From: Oopsacas minuta
Lineage: Eukaryota; Animalia; Porifera
Direction of reading: 5' to 3'
DNA length: 64,000 nt
NCBI GenBank assembly: GCA_024704765.1
Contig: JAKMXF010000027.1
Span: forward strand, 1-64,000
Shown here: positions 53,848 through 64,000 of the stretch, piece after piece
Layout: each line of letters begins with the position of its first letter
How positions within the stretch are numbered: the first letter of the stretch is position 1
Translations under genes and position numbers: made by a program
Notes under the pieces: generated by a model
The model's input: the letters and a program-made list of their open reading frames with translations, nothing else
Database searches by the model: none
What the model was told of the DNA's origin: nothing

Positions 53848-54798
53848 TTAGATTATTTTATATTTTTTAGATTAACTAACATTATTTATTTTATTAACTA
53901 TTATTTTATTCATCTTTACGATTATTTCTTCGTTTTTCCAAACTATCAATTCTATTTTTTTCTTTTAACCTCTTTTGTATCAATATGAAACCTATATCTT
54001 ATTTGATTTTGGGAATTACATACGTAACTTTGGGAGGTTCATGACAATATTCAGTTTATGAATTTTGCAACTAGAATTCTTGTTTCATCTCAGATACAAC
54101 AAAACATCTTTAAGCCAGAAAGAATATTCTTAATTTTAACTTATTAATTTTATTAAGCATTTAGGTATATATTTATAAACAATCATAGCATTCTATACAC
54201 TAAGGCTGTGGGCCTGTGGTTCTCACCCAGTGTCCCGAGGTATTACTAACCTCCAAACAATGCTTACTAAGCAAAGAAATTGGAACATTTTGAAAATATT
54301 TGCTTTTTTGGATTTGGAGACATGATATTCTACAAATCAGTAATACATTTACTTGGCATAAAAATACAGTTCGTGCGATATGAAACCATTCTATCTACTA
54401 ACATAATTTATACCGTACACTACTATATCCTTAGTTAAAACTTCAAGTTTGATGGTAGGCCTTATACTTATACTTATAGAGAAGGTCATGGTATATATTC
54501 ATAAAACAACAAATAAATTTACACATGATATGTATTTCTCCGATTATATTACCTTTGAATAATTGTAGAAGATTGTTCTAAACAGCAGAAGGGGGTAATT
54601 TAATACGTTGAATCCGTTTTTCAAACTCTTGAATTTGTACCGAACAAATCTCCTCCAATATTCCATTCTATTAATAATATTTACTCAACCGATAATTACT
54701 GTAAACAAATTCAATTTTATATGAACTGGATCATCATATTAAATTGTAAATAAATTGTTTGATGAATTTGAAATCCGAGCGGAGCGAGGAAAAATACA

Positions 54799-54947
54799 AA
54801 AATTGCAACTTGTACTGATAGCTTAGTCTATTAATTTTGTTTAAGAAGTGGCACTATGAAAGGTTATGTTTAATCTCGATATACATAGTGTCACTTTTTA
54901 AACAAATTTGATTAATAGACTAAGCTGTCGGCACAGGTTGTAATTTT
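54799..54947. repeat. Near-perfect hairpin (~60-bp arms, 25-bp loop); foldback/MITE-like
   Basis: AAAATTGCAACTTGTACTGATAGCTTAGTCTATTAATTTTGTTTAAGAAGTGGCACTATG (54799-54858) pairs with CATAGTGTCACTTTTTAAACAAATTTGATTAATAGACTAAGCTGTCGGCACAGGTTGTAATTTT (54884-54947). Confidence 0.8.
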
Positions 54948-56179
54948 ATTTCTTTTTGAATTTTGGGGTGATTTTAATCATGATTCAATCAAAATGATTT
55001 TCATCAAACAACCCTGCCCGTTAGTGAGTAAATATATTGTTTAGTTGAATTTCACTGAGAAAATGGTGAAATAATGATAGCATTCATGCGACAGGTTAAT
55101 TTGATTCGGGCGGTGGAGCTAAAACAAGTTTCCAACTCACAGTGCCTTATACATCAGTAGAGTTCGCTTAATATAGTGTGACCAGAAGGTTTTTTCCAAA
55201 ATCTTGGACATTTTTCATTTTTTCTGAAAGATCCCAAACATTTTATGAAATGAAATATTTTGTTATAAATCCTTAGCTCACTTGATATGAATCCTGAAAT
55301 CCAGGATGCACTAGTGATCGTTTATGTATTCATTTTTCAGAAAAGCGTTAGGCATTTGTCAGAATGCTGTAACATGCATTTGTCCAAATTTTAACCAACA
55401 ACCATTAGGAAGTAAAAAATCTGGATAACATCCAGAACCAATTATGACAATAATCCGATCCAAAACTCTTCACTAAACTAAAATAGTAAATACACATAAT
55501 GAGCAAATAGAACCACTAACCCTAACTGATACGATAAAAAATACAATTCACCAAGTAGATATCGATTCAAAATACACCAATCAACAATCAGGAGGTGGTC
55601 TGAGCTCCGGACAACATCAAAGACCAATACTTACACTAATTCGAAGCAAAAGCTCTTCACAACAGTAAGAATCATGAGCAAAATACATATAATCAGCAAT
55701 TAGAAACATCTGTCTGACAAATGCATGCTACGAAAATTCTGACAAATGGAAGGATTTTTGTCTTGACAAATGCAGCGCTCCTGACAAAGCATGTCGATTG
55801 AGATTTGAAAATATCCAGATTGGAATCTACATACTCAATTACCCTGACAAATAGCTGAAACGAAATATCTGGCATCATGTTGAAACAAATACAAAACGAT
55901 GTGAAAATTTGATTAATCATATGATAAATCATATAGAAATACATTCGAATGTATCAAAGATTTGTATCGCCATACTCGATTACCCCTAACTAGCTGTTAA
56001 AACGAAAGTTCTAGCATGATTTGAAATTGCCATATATGGGTAAAATGTGTGAAAATTATTATTAATCTTATGATAAATCTTTGAATTTGTAACTTTCAGA
56101 CTCTGAAAATATCAGAATCGGACTCTACGCACGTATGGACGTCGTACACGTTCATGCCATTAGGCACCTCCCAATAGGA

Positions 56180-56268
56180 CAGCGGTTCCCAACTTTTCAA
56201 CCGTTTACTATTTTAACACCTTCTGTGGACCACCAAGGGGTCTATGGACCCCAGGTTGGGAACCGCTG
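56180..56268. mobile_element. 89-bp hAT (Charlie/MER5-like) MITE
   Basis: Perfect 14-bp TIRs CAGCGGTTCCCAAC / GTTGGGAACCGCTG. 8-bp TSD CAATAGGA / CTATAGGA (7/8 match). Confidence 0.9.
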
Positions 56269-57960
56269 CTATAGGAGCGCACTAAAAATTCAAAATCAAT
56301 TAAGTCTACTTGAAACGGCCATCCTTCATCAAGTTTAGGCTCACTTCAATTCATGACATCACAATGTAAAAATTTACTAATAGAAAAAGTTCTTGAATTT
56401 TTGTAAATTTTGTATTTCCTTGGAATAATGTCTTCTATTCATCCATACAGAACATACAGCATAAATATTCAGCATATTTGCTTGATAATTAATTTCTTAC
56501 CTTTGCTTTATTAATTTTTTTCTATTAATTTATAAATGGATTTTTCATAAATATATTTTTTCATGTCCAAGGTATAAATTGTGTAATCTTTCTTAAAATA
56601 AGCTACTTTCGGACTTGGATATATCTTAAATGTAAAAGTAAATGAACTAATTCAAACATCCTAGTATCAATTAGGGCAGAATGTCTTTTACTACAAAAAC
56701 TGTTGAGAAAATACTCGAATTGTATAAATGCTAATGTTATCGCATAATTGCGCCTATATTAGATGAAGGATGACCTATAAAACTGATAAACTCTTATTTT
56801 TACAATGATTCGGCAGCATATATAGCCGTATTTTAGTAGGCCATGGGCCACTGTTAATGAGAAACTTGTTTCTACATTACATGAGATCCACCTGAGCATG
56901 CATGCGGGCGGGCGGTTCATTATCATTAACTCATTATTTAGTGACGTATCAGCGGGAATATTGATTCATTCATAAAAACATGTAAATGACTAGCATGTTT
57001 GCTGTTAAAATATGCTGAACGAAGAAAAGTCATCTCTTATCTAGTGTATACACTCTGTAGCTGAATTACATTGAGTAAATGATAAAAACTGACAAAAATG
57101 ACAATAATGACAATATTTGTGCGATAGCCAAATCAGATGCGGTGGAGCTGAAACATGTTTCAAACTAACAGTGGCCTAACATAAGTAGGACACCTCGGAT
57201 TTGCGAAATTCGAAATCAAATAGCATACCATGTACCATAGGCGTTTGTTTCCTGAGGGGTACGTTTTATCCGAGTTCTAATGTATTGTCTTACATGTTCC
57301 ATCCCTGATCCACTCTATATCCTTTTAGTAATTACTTCTTCATAATTAATCTGATTATACTCGTAAGGGAGAGCAAGTGCTCAAAACTCTAAACGTCTGT
57401 ATAAAATCAATAAACACTTAACTCATACAACATAAAAACCATATTCTAAAATACTTTCTCTCTAAGGATATGTTTATAAGCAAGTAATACTATATTAGAC
57501 ATTAATACAACTTGCAAATCCTGAGGAAAAACCAATGCAAACGCAGTCTTAAGATTATACAATTTAACGATCACATGTAAGTTGATCTCTACAGTAGTAA
57601 TGATAAATTGTATAATTTGTGCTTGCTTAGAGTGACCGCATACTTGAATACTTTCAAATTGAAACTTTTCCTTGGCAAGATAAGTTTACAGTTCAAATAG
57701 TAATTCCAAGTAGAATAACTGAAAGACCTTCCCGTATTAGCACTGAAAAGCACTACAACGTTATTATATAACTTATCATGATATCAACCACGAGTAACTG
57801 ATTTATTTGAGATGACTGAAGATGTAAATAAATATAAAAACAATTTGCCACACGGTTAGAAATGTAATTACAATATTATACCCATCCTCTTATGACCAAG
57901 ATAGACCCCTAGATATATCTAAATCTTACTTAAGAGTGCTAAATTATATAATATCTATAC

Positions 57961-57968
57961 TATAAATA
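57961..57968 (+). promoter_or_regulatory. Candidate TATA box of the bZIP ORF
   Basis: TATAAATA starts 68 bp upstream of the ATG at 58029 and is followed by a CAA/AAAC-rich leader. Confidence 0.4.
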
Positions 57969-58028
57969 CCGAGACACAACAACAACATAAACAAACAAAC
58001 AAAAATAAACTCAATAGAAACCAATAAG

Positions 58029-58379
58029 ATGCAAACTAATGAAATGGTAAAGTGTTCTGCAATGAAAATATACAATCAATTGAAAATGAACGATAATACA
58101 ATAACAAGACTCAATCTACATGCTCTATACAGCAAACTATACACTGCAGGATGTAATGATCAGGAAATACGAGTTATAATGAAACTGAGAAGAAATGCAC
58201 AATCAAGGAAACATCCAGAAAATTGTAAGAGGAAGCAAATAGAGTTAGAGGATGACGTCATAAGATTGAGGAAAGAAAAGGAGATACTTTTTCGAGAGAG
58301 ACTGGGATTAGTTTTAGAAATATCGCTACTAGGAGAAGTTCTACTAGGAGATAGATATTATATAGAAAATATGGTTTGA
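58029..58379 (+). CDS. Small single-exon Maf/CNC-like bZIP protein (116 aa) with an atypical basic region
   Basis: Maf-type extended homology region (TITRLNLHALYSKLYTAGCNDQEIRVIMKLRR), basic region RRNAQSRKHPENCKRK, and a leucine zipper with L at five consecutive heptads (LEDDVIR-LRKEKEI-LFRERLG-LVLEISL-L). Confidence 0.7.
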   Translation: MQTNEMVKCSAMKIYNQLKMNDNTITRLNLHALYSKLYTAGCNDQEIRVIMKLRRNAQSRKHPENCKRKQIELEDDVIRLRKEKEILFRERLGLVLEISLLGEVLLGDRYYIENMV

Positions 58380-58563
58380 TTAATTGATTATATCTTTAAT
58401 TAAATATGAAACTCAGGACAGTTCAATATAGTCCACTTTATACACTTGTTGTTTTGACCCTATTGAATCATATTTCGGGTATGTAAGTACCTAGCAGATG
58501 GGACAGGTCTGCATTATTATGAAGATTTCCTTGATAATGTACAAGAATTTCGTAAACTTGAGG

Positions 58564-58627
58564 CATTTCCTGTTGAACCAGCATGTAGGGTTCATTTCCT
58601 GTTGAACCAGCATGTAGGGTTCATTTC
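58564..58627. repeat. Perfect 29-bp tandem duplication
   Basis: CATTTCCTGTTGAACCAGCATGTAGGGTT occurs twice, followed by CATTTC. Confidence 0.9.
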
Positions 58628-59128
58628 GGGGATCCCTCAAATATGGGGGAATCTCTCAATTTTTGGAGGGTCCCTTTCAAATTCTATTTGGGGAAACTCA
58701 CTCGATGTACTGTCGTCTCCCCGTAATTATCACATATTTCTAGCTGCCTAACTGTCCAGATTCCATGGCCGACTAGATTAGAGCAGTTTTAAAAACTTTT
58801 ATGCCAAAATTTAACAAAGGGGCCAGACATGGTTGTATCAACTGTACTACAGTGGAACACGGATAACATATACCTCTTCTGGAAACCAAAACTGTGTGTA
58901 TAGTATGCTAGTGAACGTCTTATCCGAATAGATATTGTGTTAAGATGAACGATTGTTACAAGCATCTCCATATCCATTTTGAACAATGGTTAATTAATAG
59001 AATCAGTTTTAATTAGTAATTTTACAACAAAGGTAGTATTGTTATTTATTAATATATTAGGAGAATATACTAATTAGTTTCTATGTTATAAATATAATTA
59101 CTATTTCAGATCATAAATGAGTAATTAA

Positions 59129-59546
59129 TTATTGAGAAGTAACGTTAAATTTCCCTCGGCGAATAACTGAGACGATCGGCTCATAGTGGGCAGAATAATT
59201 CCCGGGATAGATATCTTGTGTGTAGAAATATTCCTCCTCTTTTAGGGTTGAACCCTTTGAATGAGAATTTATTCCATTGTGCATTCATCAGCATGAATAT
59301 ATCTGTCTCTAGCCAAATAGCAGCACAAAATATCTCTACGTCACTACCCCAAATTGTTGACATCAGTGTGTTATTTTGGTGGAGGTAATCTTCAATAGTT
59401 GATTAGATTTGTTTCAACATACTGTTGACATATAGATGATTCTTTCATGAACTCTATGCAAATTTTATTTTAACAAGCGAAAGGAAATCCTCTTGCCCGC
59501 TTAACCACCAGCTAATTGATTTGCATAGACAAAATCCATCCGGATG
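59129..59546 (-). pseudogene. Degenerate OTU-family cysteine protease (deubiquitinase-like) domain
   Basis: Cys box HPDGFCLCKSISWWLSGQED (Cys codon 59529-59531), central IEDYL..TIWGSDVEIFCAAIWLETDIF, and His box AHYEPIVSV (His codon 59186-59188), in different frames. ORF fragments to ~60048 may be its N-terminal part. Confidence 0.7.
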
Positions 59547-60227
59547 ATTGAATTTTATCCTTTGATAATTGATATACAATTTTTCAATTTAATGTATGTG
59601 GTTTTATGGAATTTTGAAGGTTGTACAAGAAAAACATTAATTTTAATTTTTCTTGATTTATTCTCTGACGCCACTTGATTGTGATGGGCTTACAATAATC
59701 TTCTTCGTGGAAGGAAGTTCCTTGTTTAGTACTTCGATTTCCTTTATGCTACTTTTCTTCTCAAGCAATTCAACTAATAAATCTTCCTTATTTAAAACAA
59801 TGAGATCTCCAGAAGGGATATTATCATCTATTAGCACTATCAATTCATTGAATATCCTTGCAAAGGCATATCTGAAAATCATGATCACTTTCATGATCAG
59901 CTAAAAAGGGACTAGTACTAGAAACTCTTCTTCGCCTCTTTCTCAGAATATTCGGTTTGCATAGAATAGCTTCGTCATTTATAACTATTCGTTGATGGGA
60001 GTATGACTTTGTGTACACATATTGCCACAACTGGCCCGAGCCGGACAAGTTATGGGCCGGGGCCAGTTGTACCGTGACAGAGCCCTGATGTTTACTCTAA
60101 TTAGATTTGACCTGGTCAGGGAAAATTAGGCTTGCACGGCCCTGATATAGTTTTCTAAATACGAGATTTATGTAATAGCGAAGCCTAAATAACACACATT
60201 GTATGTAAGCGATAATTGAACGAAAGA

Positions 60228-60262
60228 CTAGATTATACAAGCCCGCTACTTGCTCTACGCGG
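60228..60262 (-). mobile_element. Helitron-like 3' terminus
   Basis: On the - strand it reads CCGCGTAGAGCAAGTAGCGGGCTTGTATAATCTAG|T, a short GC hairpin followed by CTAG and T. Confidence 0.4.
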
Positions 60263-60894
60263 TTAAACATTCGATGTTTCAAACTTGGGACTTTTGGCCC
60301 CCCTCAACTCGTGGCCAACTATCAACTACTTTGTTCCAACTTTATAGAAATAGGACAAACAGACAATCAAGATTACATTACTACCTCGAATAATAGCCGG
60401 GGCGATTAAATATTTTAAGCCCTTCTCAGAGGGTTTAAACGTTGTTTATTGGGCTAATATTTTCGGGCACCAGCAAAATCCGTACACAAACGTCGCATGA
60501 GGTACTGTACACAAATGTCTCCCTCCGTTGAGAAACACTGATTCTGAACAATTGAAGTAAGCCATCGTATTTATTGATTTTGAAGCTTATTGACTTCATA
60601 AAACAGCTGTAGCATGTTTACAGATTCTAGAATTTGATGCTGGTTACTTGAGGTTTACATTCCAAGTGTAGCGAGATGTCTTGTAACAAAACGTCGCTAT
60701 AGCAAAATGTCGGAATCCGACTCCCCTGGCCACAGCATTTGCGTTTCAGAGCCCAAAGTTATACTCAAAGTCACAGATAATCTACTGAGTGTAGATTTAA
60801 GTTAAAAAATTCCTACGACACATTACGACCATTTTTACCACCAGAAAATTGTATCCATAATTTCTTGGCCAAAATACATTGTTTTGATTAACAC

Positions 60895-61465
60895 ACCACA
60901 TCCTTCCTCCCCGTGGAAGAGGTGAAGACACATCGACATAATTTCAGTTTCCATTTTCCTCACACCCGGGAAAACATCTGGATGTAGAGGATTAGTTTCA
61001 TAAAATAGTTTATAAACATTTCCATCAATTGTTTGTGTTCCTTGCCGTAAATATAAACAGTTCCTACACCTTCCCACTGTTCCAATCCCACTCACCAATA
61101 CTCGCGTGATTCTCACATTCCTTAAGCACATTCTCGTAACTAATGCCCATATATGGCATTTTGGGTCGGTGTATGGGAGCATTTTTAATAACCGCGCTCT
61201 TTTTAATCGCATCGTCCGTTTTCTGGATTTCACTTTTAATTTTATTCTTAATAATCGGAGCCTTTCCAATTACGGAGAAAAAGGTGTTAATAAATCTCTG
61301 TTTTGGCGGGAGTCTTTTGTGGAAAATGAAATTATAAGAATTGTGGCAGAAATATGATAAAATAGCTGTTATGAGAAATACACGCCAGCTGGCCACTTTA
61401 GAGATGGCTTCATTTCATGGAGATACGAGTACGACAATGCTGTTTACTTGTTTGTTAATTATTTC
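60895..61465 (-). pseudogene. SGPL1: Sphingosine-1-phosphate lyase 5' fragment, frameshifted and truncated
   Basis: SWRVFLITAIL (membrane anchor), KAPIIKNKIKSEIQKT, MPYMGISYENVL, WNSGKV-[S]GTVY and NVYKLFYETNPLHPDVFPGVRKMETEIMSMCLHLFHGEEGCG match the SGPL1 NPLHPD.FPG.RK.E.E motif. There are 1-nt deletions at ~61065 and ~61021, and similarity stops before TSGGTES. Confidence 0.85.
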
Positions 61466-61820
61466 GTTGTTGATTCTTAAGTTTGTGACGGGAGACAAGT
61501 ATTATAAGAACAAATTGGGATATAAGGATATCCATCGGAGCAGAAGTGATGTATACAGGATATAGTTCATTTCACACCTTAAGAAAGTATCTAGAATGTA
61601 TACAGCAAAATGAAATAAACACACCGGTTAATCGGGTCAAAATGAAGCTTCGAAGCTACAAATTAAGAAAATTGGTTACTGTTGAAAATGTTTAATAGAG
61701 ACAATAGTTTATTTAGAAAAGAAAATAGTAAATGTTAGTTAAAAATAGAGGAAATAATCAATATACTAATGTACAGGTAAATATGTTCTGAGTAAAGAGT
61801 AAACAAAAATACAAATAAAG

Positions 61821-63242
61821 TTATAATGCTGGTAACAATTCTATTATAATTAGAAGAGTTATGCTGTCTTCTTTACAATATTTAGCTTCTAATATCTCAG
61901 TGTTTGAAATGAATGAACGAGTTCCTAAACTGTCATCATTTCTCAGCTCAGTAGGTCTCTTGAAGCATTCAGGATATTTCTCCAAATTTTCCTTAGATAT
62001 TTGATTAGTGTATTCATAATTATTATCACTGTTAATGTGATTGAGTAGAATAAACGTATATTTGTATCTGATAGGCCAGTGTAGTTTATCATCATAATCT
62101 CCTTTCATAATAAAAATGAAAACACCAACTTCAAATGTATTCAAACAATTCCATTGAATATAGCCCTGACACTTGTATAAACCTACATAGAATGGATCAC
62201 TGTAAGTATCCTCTTTGTTTTCTATCTTCTGTTTAACACCTTTAATCTTCCATTCCAATTGTCCTGTAGATAGAGATGTATTAGAATAGAGTACTTCCAT
62301 AATTGATTTAAGTTCTGAATCCTTCTTAGTAATCTGTTTCTCTAAATTCTCGATTTTGGTATTTGCTGTAGCCAGTTCCTCTTCTAGTAGTGTATTATCT
62401 ATAGATGTTTCAATTAGTTTCTGTTTCATATCAGTCATTGATAATCTGAAGTGAATATGCATGAATTCTCTTTCGTGAAGATCCATCTCTTTCCTCTCCA
62501 TCTCCTCTCTACACCCATAGACCCAATAAGGACACTACTCTCTTTAGAGGACACTCATTAGCTAGATAGACATGAACATCTCTCCTCGTTACTTGTCTGG
62601 TCCCTTCCTCTCCTTCTATTACACATCCATTAGGACAAGGAACTGGAAAGTGCTCACAGTCCTCCAAATGAGGATTCATCTCACAGGCCTTCACTTTATT
62701 CATACAGAATTCACACACCAGTTCTCTTAAGGGACACGAGTCTCTCTGGTGTTCTACAATCCATCTCTTTTCAAGTTTCTCAACTTTCCCATTCCTCTCT
62801 CCTTCCAGACAGACACACCCCAGAGGACACAGTACAGGAAAGAACTCACATTCCTCCAGGTGGTGTATTGCTGTACTCACTGTGTCACTCCATTCACACC
62901 CTCTCTCCTTTAGGGGACAACTAATCTACAAATAAATAACTCATCTATAAACACAAACAAATACTTGTAAATAACAACAATTAACTACCATTTTATCGGA
63001 GACAATTTCACGGTTCATCTTTACTGGTTGCCATGCTACACCCTCAGGAATGCACACACCACACCTCAAATCTCCTTCATAGATACAAGCATCTCTTAAC
63101 ATTCCATTACAACTGCTACATAGCAATAATTTCTCTTCCATTTTGTTGGACAAGTTTTCGACCAACAAATCAACCCTCCAGCCTCTGTCTTAATGTAGAC
63201 CAAATCCTCTCTCCCTTCTGAGTCTGTTAACTTCTCCGCCAT
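61821..63242 (-). pseudogene. TRAF-family gene (N-terminal Cys finger, TRAF zinc fingers, coiled coil, MATH domain) with two frameshifts
   Basis: ATG at 63242 (MAEKLTD), CSSC..CGVC, a 63-bp GT-AG intron at 62926-62988, ISCPLKERGCEW..HLEECEF..CPLGC repeats, and a MATH domain LEWKIKG..SDPFYVG..MKGDYDDKLHWP..FKRP..FIS..DSITL ending at 61821. Frameshifts at ~63174 and ~62535. Confidence 0.88.
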
Positions 63243-63742
63243 TATACAATCTATGTATGTTTTGTTGAATAGAATTATTATATAAATAAGAGGAACCTGA
63301 GTAATGATAATTGAATGATCGCATATCAAATAGTTACAGGAATGGAAACAGCTAAGCTGTTAAGAAACAACGGAAAATAGTAGCTGTTAGCATCTATCAC
63401 TAAACTTAGTTCCATTTGTCTATCTCATGACTATAGGAGACAATCAGGTTAGTCAGATTAACATTCGGACAGTTACTACAGATAGTATTTGTCAACCTAG
63501 ACCAACTTTGGTTGCTCATATATTTTCATTGATCAAATTGATTAATTGAAACTATTGTCCCCCTTGTGTCTATACATACAGTAGATCCTCTCTATCATAA
63601 TCCACTTCAAATTCTGTAATCGTCTGCTTCGGACCCACTGTATTACCTAAAATGATAGCTCTAATTGGTTGTTAGAGGATAGAATATATTCACACAAGAT
63701 TTAAAACAAATATTTACAATTCAAAATAAGTTCAAAGAAATG

Positions 63743-63946
63743 TTACTTAGGAATAGTAGAGAGTCTCACTGCCTGTTGGAAGTCGAAGGGGTGAGGGAGA
63801 GTACGAGCACCTCCGTTAATCAGACCATTATAGGGATGAAACCCACACATGTCATGTTCTATGCCCTCTGATCCAACTGCTGAATCACCTGTAGCTACAA
63901 AGGTGCCCAGACCCAAGTTGAGGAGACTAAAAGGGTGAATATTCAT
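63743..63946 (-). other. Unassigned ORF or possible exon near the window end
   Basis: It is GC-richer than its flanks and has a protein-like composition (HDMCGFHPYNGLINGG), but I do not recognise a family. Confidence 0.25.
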
Positions 63947-64000
63947 AAAACGAATAGTGTCCGGGGTGATTATTCATACTTTAACACCCTTGAACGGGGG

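Noticed and set aside
63743-63946. Assigning a family to the last minus-strand ORF
   Set aside because: I could not match any motif with confidence, so it is left unassigned.
1-64000. rRNA, tRNA or structured ncRNA genes
   Set aside because: I recognised none by eye. tRNAscan-SE or Infernal would be needed to exclude them.

Overview
AT-rich animal genomic DNA with GT-AG spliceosomal introns. A sponge, possibly a glass sponge, is my guess from the TRAF architecture and composition; it is not proven. The window is dominated by one + strand gene that starts before the window. Four exons are visible (159-1340, 2435-3537, 14848-16553, 20253-53847), and the last is a single uninterrupted 33.6-kb exon. 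Spliced, they give about 12,528 aa made of 100 tandem, highly diverged ~125-aa modules that look Ig/Big-like. The modules form a strict 18-module super-repeat that alternates between A and B types (a 36-module period), as in titin. One 1-nt frameshift at about 815 interrupts the first visible exon. The introns hold many transposon relics: a full-length DD34E Tc1 element, a RAG1-like/Transib transposase remnant, a hAT element split by an inversion, MITEs and a Helitron-like element. Downstream lie a Maf-like bZIP ORF with a damaged basic region, a decayed OTU protease, a truncated sphingosine-1-phosphate lyase pseudogene and a frameshifted TRAF gene. All coordinates and counts were read by hand, and no database search was run.
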